From assembly GCA_040772005.1 (NCBI GenBank), contig JAXGYZ010000002.1, forward strand, positions 101,546 through 165,545: a stretch of 64,000 bases of DNA. Direction: 5' to 3'. Source of the stretch: Anaerolineae bacterium (GTDB taxonomy: Bacteria; Chloroflexota; Anaerolineae; CG2-30-64-16). Below, one piece after another: positions 45,900 to 53,080 of this stretch. How positions within the stretch are numbered: the first letter of the stretch is position 1; each line of letters starts with the position of its first letter. The position numbers and the translations under genes were made by a program. Below the pieces are notes generated by a model. It did not search any database. It had not been told where the DNA came from and saw nothing but the letters and a program-made list of their open reading frames with translations.

Positions 45900-46184
45900 G
45901 GGGCTGTTCAAAGGCTTTTTCGGCTCCAGGCGGGGACCTGCTGTGGCGTTGGCTTTTTCAGCGTAGAGCAGGTCCGCGATTTCGCGCCGGTGTTCGATAT
46001 AGATTTCGCAGAAGTCGCAGGTGACAGAGAGGGGTGCGCAGCAACAGGAACTCCCCGCGCATTCTTCCCAGCAGGTTTGTGTTCCCGCATAGATGGCGCA
46101 ATCGGCGCACGCCACCACCCAGCCGTTCTTGCCGGATGCGTGCCTGGCCTGAAGTTCACGCCGGATTTCCCAACATCTGCGCAT
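45900..46184 (-). CDS. cysteine-rich small protein (11 Cys; possible metal or Fe-S binding) leading the cooS operon
   Basis: ACADCAIYAGTQTCWEECAGSSCCCAPLSVTCDFCEIY; weak ribosome-binding site. First gene after the leader and terminator downstream of the ANTAR regulator. Confidence 0.4.
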
Positions 46185-46270
46185 GTCTGTCTCACCACCT
46201 GCGGATGGCTCTCGCCGCCGTGCGTATAAGCTGATATCGTGTAGTTTTGCACGATGTGGTCGGTTTGGCT

Positions 46271-46284
46271 ATGACGTTCGTCAT
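46271..46284. promoter_or_regulatory. ATGACgttcGTCAT palindrome in the cooS-operon leader (putative operator; extended form ggctATGACgttcGTCATagcc)
   Basis: Perfect ATGAC-N4-GTCAT with the same half-sites and spacing as 1467-1480 and 46417-46430. Confidence 0.35.
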
Positions 46285-46288
46285 AGCC

Positions 46289-46326
46289 AAACACAAAAGC
46301 CTGCCCCGCGCAGAAGCGGAGCAGGC
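46289..46326 (-). terminator. intrinsic terminator (or ANTAR-controlled attenuator) in the leader between the ANTAR regulator gene and the cooS operon
   Basis: On the minus-strand RNA: GCCUGCUCCGC-uucugc-GCGGGGCAGGC followed by UUUUGUGUUU. Confidence 0.45.
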
Positions 46327-46416
46327 TTTCATCACCTGGGAAGGTTGCAAACCATCGTCAGTCTGCAAGATATGACACAATGGTCAATAGCTTACGTTAC
46401 ACTTATCGCGCGCAAT

Positions 46417-46430
46417 ATGACGCGCGTCAT
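46417..46430. promoter_or_regulatory. ATGACgcgcGTCAT palindrome in the cooS-operon leader (putative operator)
   Basis: Third perfect ATGAC-N4-GTCAT site, 146 bp from the second. Confidence 0.35.
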
Positions 46431-46480
46431 GTACGAATTAGAAGGTATTTTCACAAAACGCCCTGGCATGGAGCGCAGGC

Positions 46481-47059
46481 CTACAGGAGTTGGTCTGCTG
46501 TCACCAGGGCCTGGGCGACCTCGGAGAGCCTGCGGTTAGTGTCCTGGCTCTGCTTCTGCAGCCGGCGAAAGGCTTCCTCTTCAGTCAGGTCCAGGCGCCG
46601 CATGAGGATGCCCTTGGCGCGCTCGATTAGCTTGCGGGCTTCAAGGGCCTCGCGCAGGTCTGCCACTTCCTGGTGCAGCGCCTTGAATTCGCGGAAGCGC
46701 GCCAGCGCAAGGGCAATCGCAGGCAGCAGGTCTTCCTCGGCCACCGGCTTCATCAGATAGGCGGAGATATTGGCCTGGGCCGCGCGCTCGACCAACTGGG
46801 TTTCGTTGTATGCGGTCAGGAGGATGATCGGGATGGGCCGCGTGCGGGTGATGCGCTCGGCCGCCTCGATGCCGTCCATGACCGGCATCTTGATGTCCAT
46901 GATGGCCAGGTCCGGTTCGGTGGCTGCGGCGAGCGTGACCGCATCCGCTCCGGTGGAGGCTTCGGCCACGACGTGATGTCCCAGCGCGTTGAGCTGCACC
47001 CGCAAGCTTAGCAGGCGGATGCTCTCATCGTCGGCAATGAGGATGCGCAGCGGGTCCAC
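46481..47059 (-). CDS. response regulator with ANTAR RNA-binding output domain (AmiR/NasT-type antiterminator)
   Basis: REC domain (ILIADDE ... D54-equivalent in AIMDIKMP ... K) followed by an ANTAR helix bundle (LEARKLIERAKGILMRRLDLTEEEAFRRLQKQSQDTNRRL). Confidence 0.75.
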   Translation of the reverse strand: MDPLRILIADDESIRLLSLRVQLNALGHHVVAEASTGADAVTLAAATEPDLAIMDIKMPVMDGIEAAERITRTRPIPIILLTAYNETQLVERAAQANISAYLMKPVAEEDLLPAIALALARFREFKALHQEVADLREALEARKLIERAKGILMRRLDLTEEEAFRRLQKQSQDTNRRLSEVAQALVTADQLL

Positions 47060-47068
47060 GACACCTCG

Positions 47069-48250
47069 TTATTTATAGAATATCAGTTGCGCCTCGCTGC
47101 CGCCCTGCGGCAGATTGTGCAGGCGCAGCGTGCCGGCGAGATCCTTCTCGGCGAGGGTGCGGGCGATGCGCAGACCCAGCCCGCGTGCGCGTTCGATGTC
47201 GAAGTCAGGCGGCAGCCCGCGACCGTTGTCGCGCACCACCACCGTGACCTGGGGACCTTCCTGCGCGAGGTCGATGCGCAACTGCCCGCCGCGCGCGCTG
47301 AGGCTGAACGCGTGCTCCAGCGCGTTGGCAATCAGCTCATTCATCACCAGTGCAAAGGCCGTGGCCTGCTTCGAAGGCAGATAAATCGCCTCGCCGGTCA
47401 CTTCGGCCTGCACCGGGCGGTCGGGGCGCACCAGGTGACGCAGCGAGATATCGCATACTTGCCGCGCCAGTTCGGTGATATCGGTCAGCCGCACCTGGTC
47501 CGCGGACAGCAGTTCGTGGACGGCCGCGATGCTCTTGATGCGCGTCACGCTGTCGCGCAGGCTGCGTCGCGCGGCTGGGCTGGGGCTGGAGGACATCTCC
47601 AGGCTGAGCAGGTCTGCGACCGTTTGCAGGTTGTTCTTGATGCGGTGGTGCATCTCCTGCACCAGCGTCGCCAGGGCTTCGGCGCGCCGCGCTTCCTCCC
47701 GCAGCCGCATGTTGTCGACCGCCGTGCCAATCTGTGTGGCAATCGAGCGGAGGAGGGCCATGTCGGTATCGGAGAAGGTGACGAGCCGCCGCGCTGCAAT
47801 GTGCAAGACGCCGAGGGGCTGCTCTTTGGCGTGCAGCGGGACGACCGCGCACGCGTGCGCGCCATGACACCGGCAGCCCTCGCGCACGATGCGCGCATCG
47901 TTGACGACGTCGGCTGCCTGCAGTTCTTCCCCGCGCAGCAGCGCCTGGCCGCACAGGCACTCACCGGGCGTGATCGTCGTTTCGGCAGGGTCGAACAGGG
48001 AGAGGTCGCCTTCGGCTGCGGCCAGGGCAAGCTGGCCGGTCAGACGATCCAACAGGTAGATTTTGCCGCTGTCGAGGGCCAGGACGGCGAGGGTTTCTTG
48101 CAGCGCCTCAGAGAGCGCGGCTTGTTCGTTCAGCGCCCGGTTCATCGCCGCGGAGACAGCATAGAGCGCGGCCAACTCCTGCACGCGCCGCTGTTCTTCG
48201 GGAGCTTGCCATGATAGGGACACGGGCTGTGGGGAGGCAGGAGGATCCAT
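47069..48250 (-). CDS. GAF-domain sensor histidine kinase (HisKA_2/HWE-like H-box HHRIKNNLQ)
   Basis: Two GAF-like regions, an H-box VQEMHHRIKNNLQTV and a C-terminal HATPase_c (VVVRDNGRGLP ... GLGLRIARTLA). Confidence 0.65.
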   Translation of the reverse strand: MDPPASPQPVSLSWQAPEEQRRVQELAALYAVSAAMNRALNEQAALSEALQETLAVLALDSGKIYLLDRLTGQLALAAAEGDLSLFDPAETTITPGECLCGQALLRGEELQAADVVNDARIVREGCRCHGAHACAVVPLHAKEQPLGVLHIAARRLVTFSDTDMALLRSIATQIGTAVDNMRLREEARRAEALATLVQEMHHRIKNNLQTVADLLSLEMSSSPSPAARRSLRDSVTRIKSIAAVHELLSADQVRLTDITELARQVCDISLRHLVRPDRPVQAEVTGEAIYLPSKQATAFALVMNELIANALEHAFSLSARGGQLRIDLAQEGPQVTVVVRDNGRGLPPDFDIERARGLGLRIARTLAEKDLAGTLRLHNLPQGGSEAQLIFYK

Positions 48251-48346
48251 CGCAGTTGGTAGCTATGGCCGCTTCCGGATATGAGGCGTACGGTGCAACA
48301 GCGCGTCTGCGGGGCTGTTCACACCGCACGCCTCACTTGGCCCGGA

Positions 48347-48535
48347 TCAGGAGACTTTTTCGTCCGTGGGCTTGTCCGCCGGCTTTTCGGGCGCCGTTTC
48401 GTCCCTGGACGCCTGGCGGAATTCACGGATGCTCTTACCGATCGCGCCGCCGATTTCCGGCAGCCGGCCCACGCCGAACACGATGAGCACAATGACCAGG
48501 AGGATGACCCACTCCCAACCACCTAGGTTGAACAT
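48347..48535 (-). CDS. tatA: twin-arginine translocase subunit TatA/E
   Basis: 62-aa ORF with an N-terminal TM helix and the TatA hinge motif (GGWEWVILLVIVLIVFG ... GRLPEIGGAIGKSIREFRQA). Confidence 0.7.
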   Translation of the reverse strand: MFNLGGWEWVILLVIVLIVFGVGRLPEIGGAIGKSIREFRQASRDETAPEKPADKPTDEKVS

Positions 48536-48584
48536 TGAACACTCCTTGACAGTATTGGTACTGCGCCTGCCAGAACGTCAGGCG

Positions 48585-50213
48585 TCATGAATTGTCAGAT
48601 TCAGGCGCCGGCGCACGTCGTGCGCGCCGGGCACGTTTCGGTAACGTTCGTTTGCCATGCGCCGCCCGGCTGGCGAACAACATCTGCCGCGCCAGCGCCA
48701 GATCGAGCCCGGTGCCGATCAGGCGCCGCAGAAAGATGGATTCCTCCGCGGGCTGCGTCTGTACATCGTGGGCCGCAGCCTGGGCCACTGCTGCTGCCTC
48801 AACATCTCCCGCCAGGAGCAGCCAGCGCGCCATCTTCTGCAGGCTCTTAGCATACCTTGCTTTTAGCTCGGGGCCAAACTGCGTGCGCGCGATATTGGTG
48901 ATCCGCTCCGCGCGCGCCGCCGGCCCGTCAATCTGGCCGGGAGACAGCTCGGCCAGGGACCAGGGCCAGGTCGCGAAGGCCGGATGGTCCAGCAGCCCGG
49001 CGATAGCGGCGTGATCCGGCGCCGGCTCGATCTCCGATACACCGGTGTCTGTCGCGTCGAGGTCGGCTCCCCGTGGCAGCGGTTCAGCCAGCCAGATGAG
49101 CGGGTTGAACAGGCGGTATTCGACCGGCGGCAGCGTGCCCTGGGCCCAGTGTAGCGCCAGGGCCTCCCGGATGAGCTGACGCCCCACCGGCAATGCGACT
49201 TCGAGCAACAGTAGGTTGCCGTCCGCCAGCTTGACACGGTGCAGGGTCCCGCTGTCCGCGGCGGGCGGGATTTCGAGCAAGTCCGTATGCTGCCCCGGCG
49301 CAACGAAGCCCAGTCCGCTCGTCGCATCGGTAACGACCGAGAGAGATACCCCCGGCGCAGCATCTGCGGCCTGGCCGACGAACCAGACGAGCTGCGTGCC
49401 CGCGGCTTCGACCGGCGACACCAGCACCCGCCAGGTGTGACCCGGCGCGTGCCACGGTGCAGGGTCAGGCTCCGGCTCGGCGCGGCCCGTCCCGATGCTC
49501 ATCTGTACTTTGCGCCGCCCCCGCTCGGCCAGGACGGCAAGCAGCGGCGGCAGGGTGGCGGCCAGGCTGGTCAAGGCCTGGGCAGCCGCCACCGACCGGA
49601 TGCGGCTCAACTGGTCCAGTGCGCCGCGCGCCAGTGCGGGATCGTGCTCCTGGGCGAACATGCGGAGGAGGGCGATCATCTGCCAGCCGTTGCCGCTGCC
49701 GGGGATGGCCTTGAGCAGGAGGTGCGGCACATCGGGCGGCTGCTGGGCAAGCTGGGCCAGGTATTCCAGAAGCGCGACCGGCTCCTGCTGCATGGCCCGC
49801 ATGAGTTCCTGCAATGACTGATGGGCCACCTGATCCGGGTCGCCCGCGCCGGCCGCGACCAGGTCATCGACCGGCTCAGCGAGAAAGCGATCGAGGAGGA
49901 TGACGGCGCTGATGCGCACCCGATCGACATCCGTGTGGGGCCGCGCCCCTGCACCGCCGGCCGCGCCGCGCAGCGCGGCCACCAGTTGTTCACGGGGCAG
50001 GTGCAAAGCCACCAGGCCCAGCCGGCCGCGCACGAGCGGATCATCAGTGTCCAGCAGGGACAGGAGAAACGTCAGTGCCGTGTGCCCGTGTGCCGCAATC
50101 GTGGCTGCCTGCTGTTCCTGCTCGGCCGGGTCTGTCATCGCCAGCAGGCGTGCAAATTCGGCTTCCAGCGTCCGGCGCTCCATCAGCCCGGTGAGCACTT
50201 TCGATTCCGCAGT
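48585..50213 (-). CDS. hypothetical Ala/Leu-rich protein (possible HEAT/ARM-like scaffold)
   Basis: Roughly 540-aa ORF with host-like codon usage and no recognisable catalytic motif. Start uncertain (ATG 50213, MTAESKVL). Confidence 0.35.
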   Translation of the reverse strand, partial: TAESKVLTGLMERRTLEAEFARLLAMTDPAEQEQQAATIAAHGHTALTFLLSLLDTDDPLVRGRLGLVALHLPREQLVAALRGAAGGAGARPHTDVDRVRISAVILLDRFLAEPVDDLVAAGAGDPDQVAHQSLQELMRAMQQEPVALLEYLAQLAQQPPDVPHLLLKAIPGSGNGWQMIALLRMFAQEHDPALARGALDQLSRIRSVAAAQALTSLAATLPPLLAVLAERGRRKVQMSIGTGRAEPEPDPAPWHAPGHTWRVLVSPVEAAGTQLVWFVGQAADAAPGVSLSVVTDATSGLGFVAPGQHTDLLEIPPAADSGTLHRVKLADGNLLLLEVALPVGRQLIREALALHWAQGTLPPVEYRLFNPLIWLAEPLPRGADLDATDTGVSEIEPAPDHAAIAGLLDHPAFATWPWSLAELSPGQIDGPAARAERITNIARTQFGPELKARYAKSLQKMARWLLLAGDVEAAAVAQAAAHDVQTQPAEESIFLRRLIGTGLDLALARQMLFASRAAHGKRTLPKRARRARRAPAPESDNS

Positions 50214-50314
50214 CATAAACCCCATTATATCACACGGCACGCATTTGTCACACTGGCCGCGACCGGCGTATACTGTTCATGCACGCACATTGCTGACACA
50301 TCGAGAGGTTCACC

Positions 50315-50977
50315 ATGAAGGCCCCTAACCGCGTGGCGCCGTGGCTGGGCTATATTGGGCTTTCGCTTGTCTGGCTGATCATCCTGGCTGCGGTTGTCTC
50401 GCTGGGCCGCAGACCGGCAACGAAGCCGATCGAGATCCTGCCACCTCCCACACTGACACTCACCCCCGTTCCGTCACCCACGCCGACCCCCGGCCTGCTG
50501 CACGTCGATGTGGCCGGCGCAGTGCGGCGTCCGGCTGTCTATCAACTCGCGCCGGGCAGCCTGGTTGCCGATGCGATTGCGGCTGCGGGCGGGCCCGCTG
50601 AGGACGCGGACCTGGACCGCATCAATAAGGCCGTGCCCCTGGATGACCATATGCAGGTCTATGTGCCGCGGCGCGCCGCTCCCGGTGCAACCGTCGCGCC
50701 GGGCGGTGCAGAGGAACCCCCGCCTGTCTCGACCGCGCCGCTCCGCATGATGGGCGGCGTCGCCTCCCCTGCCACACCCTCCGCCGATTCACCTGGGCTG
50801 ATCAACCTGAACACTGCATCGCTGGCCGAGCTGGACAGCCTGCCGGGCATCGGTGAGGTCACCGCGCAGAAGATTGTGGCCGGCCGGCCCTATGCCAGCG
50901 TCGAGGACCTGCTGCGCGTGGACGGCATCGGGGAGGCCAAGCTCGCCACGCTGCGCCCCCTGGTCACGGTGGAATAA
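50315..50977 (+). CDS. comEA: ComEA-family DNA-binding competence protein (SLBB domain plus tandem helix-hairpin-helix)
   Basis: N-terminal TM segment, SLBB region (LLHVDVAGAVRRPAVYQLAPGSLVADAIAAAGG) and a C-terminal HhH pair (LINLNTASLAELDSLPGIGEVTAQKIV ... VDGIGEAKLATL). Confidence 0.65.
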   Translation: MKAPNRVAPWLGYIGLSLVWLIILAAVVSLGRRPATKPIEILPPPTLTLTPVPSPTPTPGLLHVDVAGAVRRPAVYQLAPGSLVADAIAAAGGPAEDADLDRINKAVPLDDHMQVYVPRRAAPGATVAPGGAEEPPPVSTAPLRMMGGVASPATPSADSPGLINLNTASLAELDSLPGIGEVTAQKIVAGRPYASVEDLLRVDGIGEAKLATLRPLVTVE

Positions 50978-51024
50978 ACGACGGTCCTTCACCGGAGGAT
51001 GTGTCCTGCTCTCCGGACACCGGG

Positions 51025-51165
51025 CATCCTGAGCGGAGGCCCGCCATAGGCGGGGCGCAGTCGAAGGGTGCGGCCATTTTGCGACCGCTCCGCCCCTTCG
51101 ACTACGTGCGTTGCTGTGCCAGGCGTAGCCTGGCCCTAACGCCCTCCGCTCAGGGTGCTCCGCTC
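51025..51165 (+). ncRNA. candidate structured RNA element, copy Y (homologous to 13228-13330), in the 5' leader of the ABC-transporter substrate-binding-protein gene
   Basis: Shares with copy X the P1 strands (GGGCAUCCUGAGCGGAGG ... CCCUCCGCUCAGGGUGC) and the GCAGUCGAAGG ... CCUUCGACUACG helix, while the enclosed hairpins differ in sequence (CCCGCC-AUA-GGCGGGG; GCCAGGC-GUA-GCCUGGC). Confidence 0.4.
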
Positions 51166-51264
51166 GTTTCTGCCCAGGTGAAGATTCGCTCCCGCCGAAA
51201 TCCCTTTTGACGATGACCGTTAACGGCGGTACAATTCACCTGCGAAACGAACAGGAGGTGAAGC

Positions 51265-52971
51265 ATGAGAAAAGGTCTGCCATTCGTTGCTTTGCTGGTT
51301 CTGGTCAGCCTGGTCATGTCCGCGTGTATGCCGTTGGCGCCGGTGCCGACGCCGGTGGCTGCCGAACCGACGCCGGTCGCGGAGCCGACCGTAGCTGCGG
51401 AGCCGACCATCGCGGCGGAGCCGGCGCCAGCGGCGGAACCCACCGCAGCCGCCGAACCTGCCGCGCCGGAACCTGAGGCGCCTGTGGACGCGGCCAAGAC
51501 GCTGCGCCTGCCGGATCTCGGCGGCCAGGCCGTGCGGGCGGTGACGGAGAATGCGTATCCGCCGTTGAACTTTGTGGACCCGGTGACGGGGGAAGCGGTG
51601 GGGTGGGAATACGAGGCGGTGAACGAGATCTGCCGGCGGCTGAACTGTGCGGTGGCGTGGAGCACGGTGTCGTGGGACGCCATGATCCAGGCGGTGCAGG
51701 ACGGGCAGTTCGACGTGGGGATGGACGGCATCACGATCACGGCGGAGCGGGCGACGCAGGTGGCCTTCTCGGCGCCGTACCTGGTGTCGCAGCAGTACAT
51801 GCTGGTGCGGGCGGACGAGACGCGCTTCACGGATGCGGCGACGTTTGCGGCGGACGAGGGGCTGCTGATCGGGTCGCAGGCGGGGACGACGAACTTCTAC
51901 GTGGCCGTGTACGAGGTGCTGGACGGGGACGAGCAGAACCCGCGCATCAAGCTGTTCGAGACGTTCGGGGCGGCGGTGCAGGCGCTCTTGGCGGGGGATG
52001 TGGACCTGGTGCTGATGGATGCGGCGTCGTCGCGCGGCTACATCGGGGCCAACCCGGACCGGCTCAAGCTCGTCGGTGAGCCGCTCGGCACGGAGGAGTT
52101 CGGCTTCATCTTCACCCCCGGTTCCGCGTTGGTGGAACCCTTCAATGCGGCCCTCGCGCAGATGCGCGCAGACGGCTATCTCGACTACCTGAACAACAAA
52201 TGGTTCTTCCTGACCGACCCGAACGCCCAGGACCAGTATGACCAGTTGCCCGACTTGCAGGGTCAGCCGGTGCGGGCGGTGACGGAGAATGCGTATCCGC
52301 CGTTGAACTTTGTGGACCCGGTGACGGGGGAAGCGGTGGGGTGGGAATACGAGGCGGTGAACGAGATCTGCCGGCGGCTGAACTGTGCGGTGGCGTGGAG
52401 CACGGTGTCGTGGGACGCCATGATCCAGGCGGTGCAGGACGGGCAGTTCGACGTGGGGATGGACGGCATCACGATCACGGCGGAGCGGGCGACGCAGGTG
52501 GCCTTCTCGACGCCGTACCTGGTGTCGCAGCAGTACATGCTGGTGCGGGCGGACGAGACGCGCTTCACGGATGCGGCGACGTTTGCGGCGGACGAGGGGC
52601 TGCTGATCGGGTCGCAGGCGGGGACGACGAACTTCTACGTGGCCGTGTACGAGGTGCTGGACGGGGACGAGCAGAACCCGCGCATCAAGCTGTTCGAGAC
52701 GTTCGGGGCGGCGGTGCAGGCGCTCTTGGCGGGGGATGTGGACCTGGTGCTGATGGATGCGGCGTCGTCGCGCGGCTACATCGGGGCCAACCCGGACCGG
52801 CTCAAGCTCGTCGGTGAGCCGCTCGGCACGGAGGAGTTCGGCTTCATCTTCACCCCGAACTCGCCCCTGGTCGAGCCTTTCAACGCGGCCTTGGCGACGA
52901 TGAAGGCCGATGGGTTCATCGACCACCTGAACACGCGCTGGTTCTTCATGTACGATCCGGCCGCGGAATAG
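51265..52971 (+). CDS. polar-amino-acid ABC transporter substrate-binding lipoprotein with an internal tandem duplication giving two type-3 SBP domains
   Basis: Lipobox (LVMSAC) and an (AEPTxA)n low-complexity linker. Two consecutive roughly 246-aa SBP_bac_3 domains whose core nucleotide sequences (51532-52118 and 52270-52856) are identical except for one substitution (Ala/Thr in FSxPYLV). Confidence 0.7.
   Translation: MRKGLPFVALLVLVSLVMSACMPLAPVPTPVAAEPTPVAEPTVAAEPTIAAEPAPAAEPTAAAEPAAPEPEAPVDAAKTLRLPDLGGQAVRAVTENAYPPLNFVDPVTGEAVGWEYEAVNEICRRLNCAVAWSTVSWDAMIQAVQDGQFDVGMDGITITAERATQVAFSAPYLVSQQYMLVRADETRFTDAATFAADEGLLIGSQAGTTNFYVAVYEVLDGDEQNPRIKLFETFGAAVQALLAGDVDLVLMDAASSRGYIGANPDRLKLVGEPLGTEEFGFIFTPGSALVEPFNAALAQMRADGYLDYLNNKWFFLTDPNAQDQYDQLPDLQGQPVRAVTENAYPPLNFVDPVTGEAVGWEYEAVNEICRRLNCAVAWSTVSWDAMIQAVQDGQFDVGMDGITITAERATQVAFSTPYLVSQQYMLVRADETRFTDAATFAADEGLLIGSQAGTTNFYVAVYEVLDGDEQNPRIKLFETFGAAVQALLAGDVDLVLMDAASSRGYIGANPDRLKLVGEPLGTEEFGFIFTPNSPLVEPFNAALATMKADGFIDHLNTRWFFMYDPAAE
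51532..52856 (+). repeat. 738-bp-period direct tandem duplication inside the SBP gene (587-bp cores more than 99.8% identical)
   Basis: 51532-52118 matches 52270-52856 base for base apart from one substitution; the flanking roughly 150 bp of each copy are clearly diverged. Confidence 0.8.
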
Positions 52972-53079
52972 GTTGCAAGTTGGCGGGTTGCAGGTTGCAG
53001 GTTACGGGCCGCAGGACCTTGCACGATTCTGTGCTCTCATCCTGTAACTTGCAACTTGCAACGTCAGAACTTGTAACGG
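52971..53079. repeat. palindrome of tandem GGTTGCA/GGTTACA heptamers between the SBP and permease genes
   Basis: ggttgcaagttggcgggttgcaggttgcaggttacggg ... cctgtaacttgcaacttgcaacgtcagaacttgtaacgg (the arms are reverse complements with a few mismatches). Confidence 0.55.
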
Positions 53080-53080
53080 T

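Noticed and set aside
51220-52926. 568-aa minus-strand ORF mirroring the SBP gene, plus duplicated 158-aa and 101-aa ORFs
   Set aside because: These are artefacts of the internal tandem duplication and GC-rich antisense frames. The lipoprotein SBP on the plus strand explains the region.
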